The notes under the pieces were generated by a model. The model saw only the letters and a list, made by a program, of their open reading frames with translations, was not told the origin of the DNA and did no database searches. A program made the position numbers and the translations under genes. This document shows, in pieces, positions 19,568-34,100 of a stretch of DNA of 64,000 nucleotides. Position 1 is the stretch's first letter. Each line of letters starts with the position of its first letter. The stretch lies in NCBI RefSeq assembly GCF_025526975.1, contig NW_026515678.1:682001-746000 (forward strand), written 5' to 3'. This stretch comes from Fimicolochytrium jonesii. Lineage: Eukaryota.

Positions 19568-22500
19568 ATGTCGCTGACGCAAGGGGACGTAACGCCGACA
19601 GCAGTAGAGGACGATGCTTGCATAGATATCCCTCTCCCAACACGACCCAGAGGCTTCGAAGTATGGGTCGAAATCCCAACCACGATCTCTGCACACGGGC
19701 CCTACATCCCGCCCGCTCGTCCAGCAGCGCCAAAGGTGAAGCGAGAACATGTCAAGCGCCGGCCAGTGGGTGCATCGAATCGAAAGCGGCCGACCATTAT
19801 TGTGGAGGAGCCACCAGGACTACCGTTGCGACGGCCGAGAGGACGGCCGAAGAAGGATGGAATCACGTCGCCTGGGAGCAGTAGGAGTGGGAGTGGGATA
19901 CGGCTGAATAGGAGTGAGAGAAGTGTTGTTGAGTCGCCGCCACCGCATTTCCCGTTGTTTGATTCGGCGACGACGAGGGTAGCGGCAGAAGGAGAGATCA
20001 GCGCGGAATTTACCACTGATGTGCGAACGATGCCCGCCGCTATCCGGTTCATCGTATTCTGCTACGGGTTCGCGGATTACATAAAGTGGACGCCGCTAGA
20101 CGTCGAGTTCCTCGAAGCCGAACTCCTGAAGGGCGACAGTCTCTACATCATCAACGTCATCATCAAACTCCTCCAACACGTCGTCAAACCCACCACCGTA
20201 GTCACAATCTCGAACTGGCAAGAAGTGTTCCGAGCCCAGCTCTACAGCCTCGCCAAATACCACCGCGACACCGGCAAAGTTCAGTGGTCCGCTGATCTCC
20301 CGTTTCCGCTCTTGGACCTCGACCGCCGGCTCACATTGCTCATCGCCCTCTGCGAACGGGTACTGCATACCACAAAACGTAACGTCCCATCGCATCTACT
20401 AAGAAATGCGTCGATTATGCCCGTCGGAATCGAACACGTACAGTCGCAGCAGAAGAGCTACGTGTATTGGCATTTCCCTGTGGGCAGTTTTCGGGAACGG
20501 CTGTATTGTCAGATTTTCGAGCATTCGGAGGAGATGGAGACGTTTATGCCGGATGTCGGGGTAGTGGATGGGCGGTTTGCGGTGGACTTTGGCGATGGAG
20601 GTGGAGATGCGAACCTGGCGACGGATGAGAGGGATGAACAGGATTGGAGTGTCGCTGTTGATGAGAGTGGCAGTATACCCGCGGGTGACGACGTCGGGCA
20701 GGGGAATTGGAATATACCCGGAGAAGTGCAACCTACCACTTCCAATATGTCGCTGTGGAACTCCAGTGTCCATACGACATCGGCGGTACATGCTGGAGGC
20801 AGCGCAGCGGAGATCTTGCAAAGTTCGACGGCCTCGGCTGTCGCCCCGGATGGGAATCCTGTATCACAGGAAGCAAATACACCGAATGCTGGTATTGCAT
20901 CGAATCACTGGGAAGCATCTCAGGAATCAACAACGACTCAGACGCAGCAACAACCACATATGCGATTCTACATTGTGGCATCCGATGCAGAAAGCTGGAC
21001 TTCGTTCCTCAAAACAGCACTGTCCAGCAATGTCCCCGCCCATCAAGCCTTGCGACCCGCCTTCCTCACTACAAAATACAAAACAGGTTTCTTTGAAGCT
21101 GCCGCCGACGAAACCGCGGACGACGATACTATCGACGCACCAGTCGCCCCACCATCACCCAGACGACTCCTGGAAGCCATGCAGTCTGAAGAACGCAACA
21201 GGCTGGAAATGCAGAGCACGGAGGAGCAGGGGTGGCTGCAGCGGAGGGCGGATGCTCGTGCGAGGAAGCAGAAATCGAGAGCGGCTAAGAAGTTGGCTCT
21301 TGTTGCGGCGAGGGAGGGTGGAGATGGGGAGGATGGGGATGAAGGTAATGAAGGTGGTGAAGGTCTTGGCGACACACCTTACGAGCCACCAGCGAAGAGA
21401 CGCAGAACTTCGCTATTGCCTGGGAGTCTGGCCGAGTCGGCGTTGTCGACGCAGCGAAGTCAAGCCGACGTTGCTCCTCAAGATGGCAAAAGACCTACCA
21501 AACGCGGACGAGGACGACCTCGGAAAAGTGAGGGTACAGCGCCCAGAGGGAGACGGAGAAAAAACTCTTCCGACATGGACGACGACGAGGATAGCGTCTT
21601 GACAGCAGCCGAACGTGCTGAAATAGAGCAACGCCTTTTGGCAAAACGAGCAGCGGGCTTAGATATTCGCAAACGCATGGCCAAGGGTCTCTTAGATCTC
21701 TACAAGGACGTCGATACCCACTGCGCCAACCTACCGCCCTTAGACGACGCCCCCTTCTGGTCCCGCCTCTCCAATCAACTAGGCCCATACCTCCCCATTC
21801 CCAACTCACCCTTCGATACCCGCATGTGGGTCCGCAACGTCTACGGCCTCCAATTCGACACCCGCCTCACCAACCAACCCACGTCCTCCATCATCAAGAA
21901 CGTGTGTAGACACCTCGTGGACAACCTCAAGCACTACCCCGCCCACGACCCTTTCTTCGAGCCCATCGACCCAGACGATTTCCCCAACTACGCCAAAATC
22001 GTCACAAAGCCCATGGATATTAAAACCCTCTACGTCAAGCTGATCCTGGACGAGTATGCGGATTTCAACGCCTTCCTTACCGATCTGCACCTCATCTTCC
22101 GCAACTGCCGGCGATACAACGAGCCCCACTCGCGGATCGTGTACCAGTGCCTCCAGCTTGAGTTGAGTTTCATTGAGGTGGCTTGCATGCTGGGGATTGT
22201 GACGGGCCATGTGGATAGCGAGGTTGTGTTGGCGCTGAAACCGGACCCCTTTGAGAGGTTTGCGGATTATTTGGAAGAGGATGAGCGGGAGAAGGTGACG
22301 GCGCAGGAGAAGGCGCGGAAGAAGAGGGGTAGGCCGAAGAAGAACGTTGATGTTGAAGTTAGAGTCGAAAGAGACATTGGAGATGTGTCGGGTACTAGTA
22401 CGCCGAGAAACGTGCAGGCACAGCCGGACGGCGGGACGGGCGATCCACCGCAGTCCTCCACCAGCAGCCTAGGCATGTTCGGTTTCACGGCCCAGTCCGA

Positions 22501-25500
22501 AGATATCAACGACAATCAGATCATGTCCGACCATGGGATCGGGCAAGACATCTCGTTCGGCGAGCCTTCGTCCAATAGCGTCGATAACGGGCTTGATTCG
22601 AATAATGAGTTTGGCGCTATCATGCCGTTACCGCCGGCGCCCGAGACGGCCCTGCATGCGTATGACCACGACCATCACCATCTTGACGACCATCATGACG
22701 AGCGCGGGGCAGAATCAGGGCCGTCGGCGGCGGTGCTCTATGCCGCGGCGTCGACGTTGGCGTTGGCGAGTATATACGGACAAGCACCTGCAGCTGTCGT
22801 GCAGAATTCGGCCGGTTCCAGCACTGAGATGTATGCCTCCATGTATACACAACGAACCATCGCCTCACAGCGGAATCAGGGCCACGAGAACGAGGATGGG
22901 AACGGTGATGATGAGGGATCCCCGTTCTCGTTTGCACGGCCGGGAAAGGAGGTTTCGGATCATTACGCTTCTACTGCTGCCACTAGCCCAAGGGCGACTT
23001 CGGCGGATAGTCAGCGATCCCAGGTGACTTCTGATTCTTCGGACGTGTATGGAGGGGTGTATGGAGGGTTGTGGGGGCAGACGCAGGCACCAGCGGAGGT
23101 GCAGGCGCAGGCGCAGGCGCAGGTCCACACGCTGATGCAGATACAGCAGACACGCCCACCCTCTGCCACGCGAGTTCAAGCACCTGTAGCATCGTACAAC
23201 GAGCAGCGTACCTCGTATCCCTCGCAACAACAGCAGCCCAGAACGCAAGGGCAGTTGACGAGCAGTTCGGTGACGGATGTTTCTGTCGGTAGCGCGTATG
23301 GCGCACAAATGCAGCAACAGCAGCATCCATCCGCGGCTGACGCCTCGACCATAGGGCTGGATTCGCGGAGGTCTTCTTCGTACGCTTCGCAACACCAATC
23401 TTCTTCGTATTCCGCCCCATCGATCGTCACCTCCGCCTCGTACATTCCTGCTCTGCATCCTAACCTGAACCGATCTTATGCCCAGCCGCAACAGCCGTAT
23501 CCCTCACTGTCAACGGTCAGTTCCGCGGCCTCCGTCCCGTCAGTGCAGCCTGACGCGAATCGATCCTCTGCCACTCAACAATATCCCAGCGAGAGGTCGA
23601 GCGCGAAGGACGAAGCCTCGATAGCAGCGGCGGCAGCGGCTGTAAAAGCGAATCATATGACACTTGAGGAGCTCCTTGGGGATAATGATGATCCATATAC
23701 GTATGGAAGTGAGCCGACGGCGCTGGACACGCTTGCTGCTACAGCTACGATGGGGCTAGGGACGAGTACGGTTGTGTATGGGCAGCAGCAGCGGATGAAT
23801 GAGTGGACCACGGTGGAGGCCGGAAGGGTGTCGCAAACGGCGCAAAGTCAACCACAGCAACAGCAGGGGTTGGCTACGGGGTATGGAGGACAGGTTGAGA
23901 CCCGGCAACGGACGGCTCCCGCTGTACCGCAGCCGCAACAACATTCGGAATACGGGCAAACGGCGAGCGAATCTCGACAGGGACTCCAATCTTCGTTGCG
24001 GGTCCCGCAGCAGCAAGCGCCGTCTACTCTACCACAGGCACAATCACAGCATCATATGCCCTACCAACAGCAGCCGCATCAACAGGAGGAACACCAAAAG
24101 CTACCGGAACCAGCGTCACAGCAGTTGCGAATTGAGGAATTGCTAGGCAATCGCCAATCACCGCGACAACACCGGAGCTTGCAGTTGCCACAAATGCAGG
24201 CTCAGAATACCGCCAATCCCAACGATGCGAGGCATGAGCCTGCGTGGGCGGGTACCAACAGCAGTAGCAGTAGCGTTGATGGGCAGGGGACCACCTCGGC
24301 CTCGGTGCAGCAGGCACGGCAGTATGGTGATGCCGCGGCCGCGCCTTCGACCGCGTGGCAACAGCACAACTATCAGCAGCAGCAATCTTATGGCCAGTCG
24401 AACCCGCCGGCATTACGATCAGCATCGACGGAGAGTTTGAACAAGCAGCGCCAACAGCAGCATGCGCACACGTACAACGCGCACACTCAGGCTTCGTCAT
24501 CACCGGCACGGAAAACCACGCAGAGCAACGAGAGCGCATTGTCGGTTTCAAATTTGTTGTATGGTGGAGATTCCACCACCTCGTTCAAAGGGTCAACGGG
24601 GACGCATGCGGCTGGAGCTGCACCTGCAGCGCCGCGGTTACCGCCCAAGACCAATACGAGCCAACATATTCAACAAGCGCTGCCCACCATGCAAAGTCAA
24701 ACGTCGTCGGTGTCGGTGTCGGCGAGTGCCTGGAATAGTGTGTATTTGTCGGAGACGCAACAACAGTCACTACCGGCGCCCATACAACCGCCGCTGAACC
24801 GGAACATTTTCTATCCCTCACAAACGCAATTACAACAACAACATTCATCCCCGGCAACCATGCAGCCGTCGCTGACTCATGGTGGGTACCAACCCACCCA
24901 CTCATCGCAGGCGCGTCAGTTGCAGCAGACCGCGGCTGTCCATATGCGGTACAGTAACTCGTTGGCGGCCGATAGGAACGGGGCGGCTGTATGGCGGCGG
25001 TGAAGGGAACGCTACGAGTGGAGGTGCGAGAACCAGTTCGGGGAGTACGCACTATACCGGTCAGCAACATCACACGCAAACGCAACCCCAACCGCAGACG
25101 CAGACGCAATCGGTCGCGAGTACGAGTGCGCGTCCGGTGCAGTATAGTTCACAGGTACATCATCAACAACAGCAGCAGCAACCACCGCGGTATGAAGACG
25201 GCCAGCAGTCGCAGCTTTACACTCAGTCGCAGCCGCAGCAGCAATCGTCGTACGCGTTCGAGTGGCCGCCACGAAATCCCCAGCCGTCCCGCGTTCCAGC
25301 ACCAGCGCAACAATCTCAACAACAACCACAGTACAGATCGGAGCATACCGACCAGCGACAAACCCAGCAGTATCAACCATTGTCCGCCGCGTCATCATCC
25401 TCATCTGCTTCCGCACCGACTCTGCAAAATGATTGGTCGACCAGCAGCACCACACATATCAACATCCGCACAACCAGACCACTCAACAGCAGCAGCAACC

Positions 25501-25640
25501 AGAGCCAGGCAGCGGACCCGAGATACCGTGATGCGTCACAGCAGCAGCAGCAACAGGTGTTTGGAAACCAGAGTCAAAATGCGAATGCGAGTTCAAATGC
25601 GTACCCCGCGGCGTATGGGGCGAGTGGGTATCGACTTTGA
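19568..25640 (+). CDS. AT-hook / DDT-WHIM-like / bromodomain chromatin protein with long Q-rich tail; apparent frameshift near 24980
   Basis: AT-hooks RPRGRPKK, RGRGRPRK, KRGRPKK; bromodomain PFFEPIDPDDFPNYAKIVTKPMDI..IFRNCRRYN; ORF ends at 25003, and the same composition continues in the +1 frame to 25640. Confidence 0.8.
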
Positions 25641-26187
25641 GGTAGCGGCGGGTGTGGGTTCGGAAGTGGATTGGGAGGCGAATGTTTTGGGATGCTTGGA
25701 AAGAGTGTGGGGAGGGTGCGACAAAGAAGTGAAGGGAAGATGAGGGTATTGATAGTAACATCAGAGGGAAATGGAAGGCGGTAAAGCAACTGCCTGTGCT
25801 TTTGAGCATAGTAATCATTAATGCGATGCATAACAAAATGTTCTATCTGTGCAAGGATTTTGGCGATGACTACCAATGCTTGAAGTCGCCCGCTGGCGTT
25901 CGTTACCTCATATTATAGCCATATTTTTGCTCTTGTTGCAACATCTTTGTATCTTTGTGTATCGAACGTTGAAGGGCCAAGACGCCGAAGACCCATTCGA
26001 CGGCGAGACGGCCAGCGGCCAGACGCGTGGGAAAGGAGAGAAATGCAACAGCGAAGATCAGCTAGATCAGCTCACGCACAAGCACAACACCGATTGAATA
26101 GAAGCCTTTCGCAGAAGAAAGGACGGGCTGTGCAGAGTCTACTCTGAAGCAGACATTCGAGCATACCACGGATGCGACGTCGAAAGG

Positions 26188-29100
26188 ATGACAGTCGATA
26201 CCCTATCCCTGGACGCCATCAAGCGGCTAACGGACATTTCAACGATCACGGCGCAGCTGCGCGCGGTGCTGGAGGCAGAGAGCGGGTCGGATGCCCGCCT
26301 GGCGGAGCTGATGGAGACGCAGGGGGATGTTGATGTCGAGAGGAAGTTGAGGGAACTGGATGCTTTGCGGTGCGTTCGGGGTGCTAGTGAATGTGGGCAG
26401 TCTCAGGGCTTCGGTGCGCACTACTGGGAGGATTTGGAGGGAAGGGTCGAAGCGCCGCCGAAAAGCCTAATGGGCTTCTCAGCCGGGGCATGGCCGTAGC
26501 TTCCCGCATGGGCAAGGACAGGCACATCCTAACCGATTTGTCGAAGATACTCATCGGTGTCCCTTCCTTTTTCCCACGTAGTTTAGCCCGCAGATCGAGT
26601 TTGTGCGGCACGACGCGCAGCCGCTGCTGAAGGTGCTGGGTGAGACGTCGACGCTCGCGGAACGCATCAGTGGGAAAGTCCGCCAGCTGGATCTGGAGCA
26701 GGGGAGGGTCAAGGCGACTATTGGGCTTGTGGATGATATTCAGGAGTTGCAGGTACGTTGGGTTGGATTTTCCAGTAGAGGTGCAAGCTTGATACCGGAA
26801 GGCTGAAGATGGGGGACTCTTTGTATGTAGAAATGCGCTGTAGGAGTGGACAAAGCACTAGCGGCCCTCGACTACGAGCGTGCCGGTGATTTCGTGAGCC
26901 GATACCTCAGCTACGACCCATCCGTCGTCGAACGGATCTTCGCTGCCTACGCAACCTCCGACCAGGACGCCTACTTCCCCACCATCAAAGACGCCGCTGA
27001 CCCAACACCCAAAGCAGCGTCCTACTTGGAAACGCTCAAAAAAGCCCAGCAGCAACTGACCGACGTGGCCATGGACGAGTTTGACAATGCCGTTCAAGCG
27101 GCGAACGAGGAGGCGATTCTGAGATACTTTAAGATTTTCCCGCTCGTGGGACATCATGAGGTTGGGTTGGATAAGTTCTCGGCGTATATCTGTGGCAGTA
27201 TCTCCAGGCAGTGTCAGGATAACATGCGGGAGTCGGCGGATCAGCCTTTGTTTTACGCGAAGCTGCTTACGCAGTTGTTTGAGACGATTGCTATGATCGT
27301 TGACCGACAGGAGGCGATGGTCAACTCGGTGTATGGACCAGGCAAGATGCTCCGCGTTATTCAACGATTGCAGCGCGAGGCGGATATACAGGGGTCCATC
27401 ATCCTCAACGCCTTTTCCGAGCGGCGCCAGTTGCAGCGGAAGGTATAGTACAAAGAGTCATTGCAGATTTCAGCACCTCTCGCATTCCGCGACTGACATT
27501 GTACCCTCATGCCTAGCTGGCAGACGTAGCAAAGTACGAAGCCAGCCTCCGCAAAAAGCCTTCTGCAACCGCCCCGCAAGTCTCTCTCGACACGCTAGTC
27601 GAACCGAGGGACGTCGATACGGTGCTCAACGAGCTCGCTTTGATATCACAGAAAGCAAGGATCTTTGACCGGTTTCTCCATGTTCGCGCTGAGGTACGCA
27701 GGAGACGGGTTTGCTTACGTGTCTCTACCGCCCCATAATTCTATCATTCCCTAGGGTGAGGCGTTGAAAGTCCGCGAAACGCCCGTAACGACCAGCACAG
27801 ACTGGACGAGCTCGCTAGACGGCGAAGGCGACGGCCTAGTCAAAGTCAGCAAGCTCGACGAGCTATCACAGCAGCTGATGAGCGATTACGTCTCCCTCGA
27901 AGAGTATTTTATCCGAAGGAGCGTCGAAAAGGCCATGTCGATCGACACCCTCGACAATCCCAACGACCTCACCTCCAGCAGCGTCGAGGATGTCTTCTAC
28001 ATTCTGAAAACGTGCGCGCGGCGCGCACTGACAACGTCCGATTCGAACTGCATATCGGCTATCGTCAATGGGATTGGAAGGATATTAGAACTGGATTATA
28101 TCAATATCTTCCAGAGTCGATTAAGTGCGGCGTTCTCGATGGGGGTTGCGGAGGCGGGTGGGGTGAAGGAAGGTGCGGGGAAGAGTGGCGGGTACATGGT
28201 GGTACTGAACAATATCGACGTCAGCTGCGAGTACATTGTCAAGCTTACCGAAGAGCTGGACGACGAGGTTGGGCGGCTATTTGCGCCATCGCAGGATCTG
28301 TCGGTGGAGAAGATCCGGTCGTGTCTTGGTGTGCTGTCGGAGTATGCTGACAGTTTCCGGAGTATCTTGAAGGTGCGTTGATGAGCTTCGCGATTGATGG
28401 ATGCTACTCTTCATCTTTGGGTAACGAAGTCGACATTTCCTAACCCCTTCATTTTGCATCCCGACAGACATGGATAGACAACATCTTCAAACAGCAAATG
28501 AAACCGCGGATCCGCCCCCTTCTCCAATCCTCCTACCTGCAGGATGTCAAATACAACATCACAACCTCCGACGAATACGCGCAACAAGAAGTCAACGACG
28601 CTTTCATTAAACGCTTCATCCCCGGCTGGACAAAACTCTGCACCCCATATAAACGCGGCTTCTCAGAATGGAACCTCGACCATACGATGGGCTGCATGGT
28701 CGATTTCATGGCGCGTGAATGGGAACGCTTCGTGATCCAGATGTTTCGGTTTACGCAGCTGGGCGCACTGAGGTTTGATCGGGATGTGAGGACTGTGGCT
28801 GCGCATTTTACAGCGACGCTGAACACGCATCATAATGTGGATACGGGGACGACCTCGGCGTCTTCTTCCCCCGGTAGATCGGGCAACGCCGGTGGAGCGC
28901 GCTGGTCAACGAGGGAGAAGTTTGCGAGGCTGAGTCAAATGTCGACTTTATTGAATTTGGATTCCGTGGAGGAGGTTTTGGAACTTTGGGGGAAGCCTGG
29001 GGCTGCAGGTGGTGGAGGCGGGGTTGGAGGCGGTGGGGCTGCGCAAAGTGGAGGCGGGTCGATTACGTGGCGGTTGAGTGCAAAGGACGTGAAGAAAATT

Positions 29101-29222
29101 TTGGCGTTGAGGTATGGTTGCCGTACGGTCTGAACGGACATGGCGACAACCCTTATCAACATGCTCTTCTTTACCTTAGGGTCGATTTCAATCCGGACAC
29201 CATCGCCAAGCTTGAGCTTTAG
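26188..29222 (+). CDS. COG4: Conserved oligomeric Golgi complex subunit 4 (multi-exon)
   Basis: AERISGKVRQLDLEQGRV, SVEDVFYILK, FTQLGALRFDRDVR, REKFARLSQMSTLLNL, C-terminus WRLS...LALRVDF..IAKLEL. Confidence 0.92.
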
Positions 29223-31150
29223 ATGGAAGCTTAGCGAGGGGTCTCAGCTGGGAGGCCTCGGCTGGGAGACCCCGAAGGCCGTTCTAATCACGCACCTCGA
29301 CTAGGCGGGCACGTAACGCCTACCGTAACAACGGTAGCCTCCTTAGAACATTCAGCGTCGTACGGACAACAAAGATGGATGGACATCTTTCAGGGGAAGG
29401 TGTCTTCAACGCGACAAAATCTCGCCGCCGTACCGCCCACTCTACCACGTTTCCTCTTGCGGGATGCGACCCCAGCGCTGTTTCCCCTCGGCGATGGCCG
29501 CTTCTCACAACCTATCGCCCGTTCTTCCCCGCACTGGGCCTCTGTAGTACCGCGCTGTATGTGTTCTACCCAACTGCCCGCCATGTTGCAGACGGGCACA
29601 TCTTATTGTAGCGACAATTTGCATGAATCATACATAAGGGGTCTGGATCTATGAGTTGGTTTACTTCTGTTTTTGTACGGCTCCGGCGGCGTATCTATGA
29701 TCTGTTCCCGCTGGAGCGTTGTCACGGTCTCACAGATATCACTGCGAATTAAGAAATCCCACATCTTAGGCAGTATACGCAGCGATCGGGTTGTTTTCTA
29801 ATCATTTAGACGACAGCTCGGGGATAGAAGGCCTACTGATAGATTGCAAACATGCCTCCAGTCAGGAGTGATGAATGCAACCACTGGTCTCATAACGAGG
29901 ATCATCATGTTCGCTTTGACCAGTGGTTGCATTCATCACCCTGTCCTCGGCTTTCAGCTCATGCTGTCCGGCAACACAGGGCCTCGCAGACCAAGTTGTG
30001 CGTCACACAACTTTCTTTGGAAACTACAACACTGCGGAAATTGGTGCAGGATAACTTGCCTTCAATGTCTTGATTCTGGTGGAGATCCGGACTCTCTCTT
30101 CTTGGCGCAACTCTATAGGGCTACCCCAGGTGGTCTCTTTCGCGGCTCTCATGACACGTGAATGCCAGTCCGCCGGCGTCGTCTTCAGAACGTCCGCGAT
30201 GCCCAGATCGTCACTGATCGCCTGCAGTAATGCAAGCGCCCCCATCGGTTCCCAGTACTACGCGCCTGATGGTGTTGGCCCAGGGCCGTCCCGGTGAATT
30301 GCTGTGTGGATCGGGTGTTATCAGATAGTTATCTTTTGGTGGCTGGCAGCTTCATTTCGACCAGAACCCCGCGTGTGGATTTATCCCAGGGTAATCAAGG
30401 CCCACAGGATTCCCAGGATTTATCCAAAAAGAGGGGATAAAATGGCGATGTATGTAGATTTACCCGCAGGGAGGGAGGGAACGAGGGGCCGAAGAATCTG
30501 AACGCAAACGGAACTCCGCCTTCGATTATCCTCATCACCTCAAGCAAGTTCTCAACGGAGATCGCGCGGGAATTTCGGTCCTCGGACCTCCATGCGGCTA
30601 CTTACAATATACAACTAGGGACCGTCCATCGCTCGCCACGCAACAAACACCCGCATTCATGCAAGCTCAACTACCTGCGATACCAGCGGTATGCAGCCAG
30701 GAATAGGCACCCAAAACCCGTGGTGTGATGATCTTAATGGGAAATGAATCCAAAAACTTAAACGTGGGAGAAATTTTGTAGATAGGTATCATGACGGCAC
30801 TGTGAGGAATCTCCGTTGCAGCACAAGCCTCAAAAAACGGCCCTCAAAGGCGACCTTCCTGTATTATGGTATGGATCAGGGCAGGTACCGCTGCATTCGG
30901 GTGGGAATATCCTACGAGAAAACTGTCAAAGACACGCATATAAACAGTCGGTGGTTCGTCAATATTCCCACGGGTATCTCTCAGGTATACCGCAATCCCC
31001 ACAACACAACACCTATCCCCAACCAGTGCACCGCTTTGAAGGTGGGACTGTGTCACTCTGTCATACCGCTTCCCTGCCTCGCCTTTTGGCCAGCTGTAGG
31101 GCAATTGTCAATTCACGACTTCCATATCCCGACACGAGGGCGATAACGAA

Positions 31151-34100
31151 ATGTCAAGGCCTAACGAAGAGGAGATAAAGCTGAACGAGGTGGTCGTGGA
31201 GTCCACCGCCGCCGTCCCACCAGCCATCCCCGGCGACATCGCAAAACTCCCCGCCGATGGCTTTGCCGCCGCAACCGAGGCCGCTACGGAGCCTCTGGAC
31301 GCCAAAGCGCCGGCGGCTAAAGGCTTCTGGGCTAAATTGAAAGCGAAAAAGGCCGAGCCCAAAAAGGACCCAGGCCCGCCGCCTGTCCCCGTCTTCCAAC
31401 TCTTCCGCTTTGCGTCGCAGTCCGACAAGTTGATGATTATCACCGCCTGCCTGTTCAGCGCGGGTGTCGGTGCGTTGATGCCGGTGTCGATTTTGATTAT
31501 TGGAGATGTGCTGGGAAACTTCTCGGGACAATCGACCGGTGCCATCCCGGCGGGCTTTGATCTGGTCGGCGCGATGGTTCCGACGATTCTGAAGTTCGTG
31601 TATTTGGGATGTGCGACATTGATCGGTGGATACCTCACGCAGATGTTTTGGGTGTTGACTGGAGAGAATCAGGCCAAGGTATGAAGTACCGCCGCGAAAT
31701 CCATATTCTGGTGAATAGCGTAACTTACCAGGATCCCCTTTCATTAGCGCATTCGTGAACTCTATGTTCACAGCATCCTCCGCCAAAACATCGGGTGGTT
31801 TGACATGGCCGAGGAAGGGTCCCTCACCACCCGTCTCGCCCAGGACACGCAACTGATCCAGGACGGTATCTCGGAGAAGGCCGGTTTGATTATCCAGACG
31901 CTCGCTGGTTTCGTCGCTGGTTTCGTTATTGCGTTCTTGAAGGGATGGAAGCTTGCTGTTGTCATGTTGGCCTCTTTGCCTGTTATGGGTATTGTTGGCG
32001 GTATCATGATTGCGATCGTGACCAAGTATGTTGGAAAGGGACAGGATGCTTACGCCGATGGTATGTGTGGACCATGCAGTTAAACTTGCTCAAACCCGCG
32101 TATCGGTGGATGACTGCGAACTCATACACGGCATACCATTCACAGCCGGGGCAGTCGCCGAGCAAATCATCGCAGGAATCCGTACCGTCTATTCGTTCTC
32201 CCTGCAAAGCCGTTTCCAGCGCAAATACGAAGTGGAGCTCGCAAAGGCGTACCAGGCCGACCTGAAGAAGGGAATGGGAATCGGAGCAGGCTTCGGTTCT
32301 TTCATGTTGACCCTCTTCTGCACTTACGGGCTGGCCTTCTGGTATGGGTCCCGCTTGGTCATCAATGGAGAGATGGAGGGCGCCCAGGTCATGGTTGTCT
32401 TCTTTTCTATGTTGATGGGTATGTTGGCGCGATCGTCTTCAACTTGTGCTCTCCAAATTGGGCATCGTATCACCATGGCTGACTCGCAATCCATTCGACA
32501 GGTGCAATGTCCCTCATTATGCTCCCACCCAATCTCTCCGCCATGTCCTCCGCCCGAGGCGCCGCCTCGAAAATTTACGCAACAATCGACCGTGTCCCCA
32601 CCATCGATTCCGGCTCCGACGCCGGCCTCAAACCCACTAAAACCGCGGGCGAAATCGAGCTTCGCAATGTCAACTTCCACTACCCCTCCCGCCCGGACGT
32701 CAAAATCTTCAACGACCTCACGCTCACCATCAAGCCTGGAAGCACTGTGGCGTTCGTTGGACCCTCGGGCTCTGGCAAGAGTACCACTGTCTCCATGGTC
32801 CAGCGGTTTTACGACCCGACCTCAGGCAGTGTCTTATTGGATGGCAACGACCTGAAGGATTTGAACGTCAAATGGCTTCGTCAGCAGATTGGTGTCGTTG
32901 GACAGGAACCTGTGCTCTTCAACATGAGCATCAAGCAGAACATCTTGATGGGCGCCGTGGATGAGGTTACGGAAGGGGACCTGATTGAGGCGGCCAAGAA
33001 GGCCAACTGTCATAACTTCATTATGAAGTTGCCGAAGAAGTATGATACCCTTGTCGGCTCTGGAATGTTGTCGGGAGGACAGAAACAGGTGAGCTTGAGA
33101 AAGGTTGTGCGAGTGCGATCTTGCGAGCATTTCTAACAGAACTCTCTGCATGTCCAGCGTGTCGCGATTGCAAGGGCTCTGATCAAGAACCCCAAGATCT
33201 TGCTGTTGGACGAAGCCACGTCAGCACTCGACACCGCCAGCGAGCGCCTCGTGCAAGCCGCTTTGGACGCCGCTTCCGCAAACCGCACCACCATTGTGGT
33301 CGCACATCGTCTCTCAACCATTCGCAACGCCGATCTCATTGTCGTGATGGACAAGGGTAACCTAGTGGAGAAGGGCACCCACGACGAACTCGTCGCGCTG
33401 AACGGTGTTTACAACCAGCTGGTTCTCAAGCAAAAGATCAAGACCCGCGATGACGACAAGTCGCAGCATCACAACGGTGGTGGATCACCACCGGAATATG
33501 ACGACGACGTTGTGAATACCCAAGCGGTAACCAAAGACGACGACATGAAGGACTCTGCCATCGTGGATATGACCGTGGAAACGGGCACCGGTCTCGACAA
33601 GAAGCTCAAGCTGTTCGACAAGCACACCCTCGCCCGCCAAGCATCCATGATCAGACGACAAGAAGAGGCCGAGAAGAAGACCGTTACCGCCAAGATCGAA
33701 GATGCGTACATGTGGCGCGTCGTGCAGATGATGCGCCCCGAGTGGCAGTGGTTAGCACTCGGATGCACAGCTGCCGCCATCGCCGGGTGCGTGTTCCCCG
33801 TGTTCGGATACACATTAGCGAAAGTCGTCACCGTCCTCCTCTACAAGGATCCCGCCAAGATCGACCCGGGACCGTTCCAGGGCGCCAACCTGTACGCGTT
33901 CATCTTTGTGCTGATTGGGTTCACGGCGTTCTTCTCGTTCTTTGGACAAGTTTACATCTTTGAGCGCGCGGGTGCGGCGCTTACGAGGAGATTGAGGGCT
34001 GAGGCTATGCATGCACTTATGCGACAAGAGGTTGGGTTCTTTGACCAGGAGGGCAACTCGCTGGGAGCGTTGACATCGCGATTGGCGACGGATGCTGCCG

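Noticed and set aside
29238..29273. GC hairpin just after the COG4 stop
   Set aside because: Short and bulged, with no U-tract; could arise by chance
29375..30300. Fragments resembling a decayed membrane-protein gene (e.g. TGLITRIIMFALTSG)
   Set aside because: No coherent exon chain or convincing motif could be built
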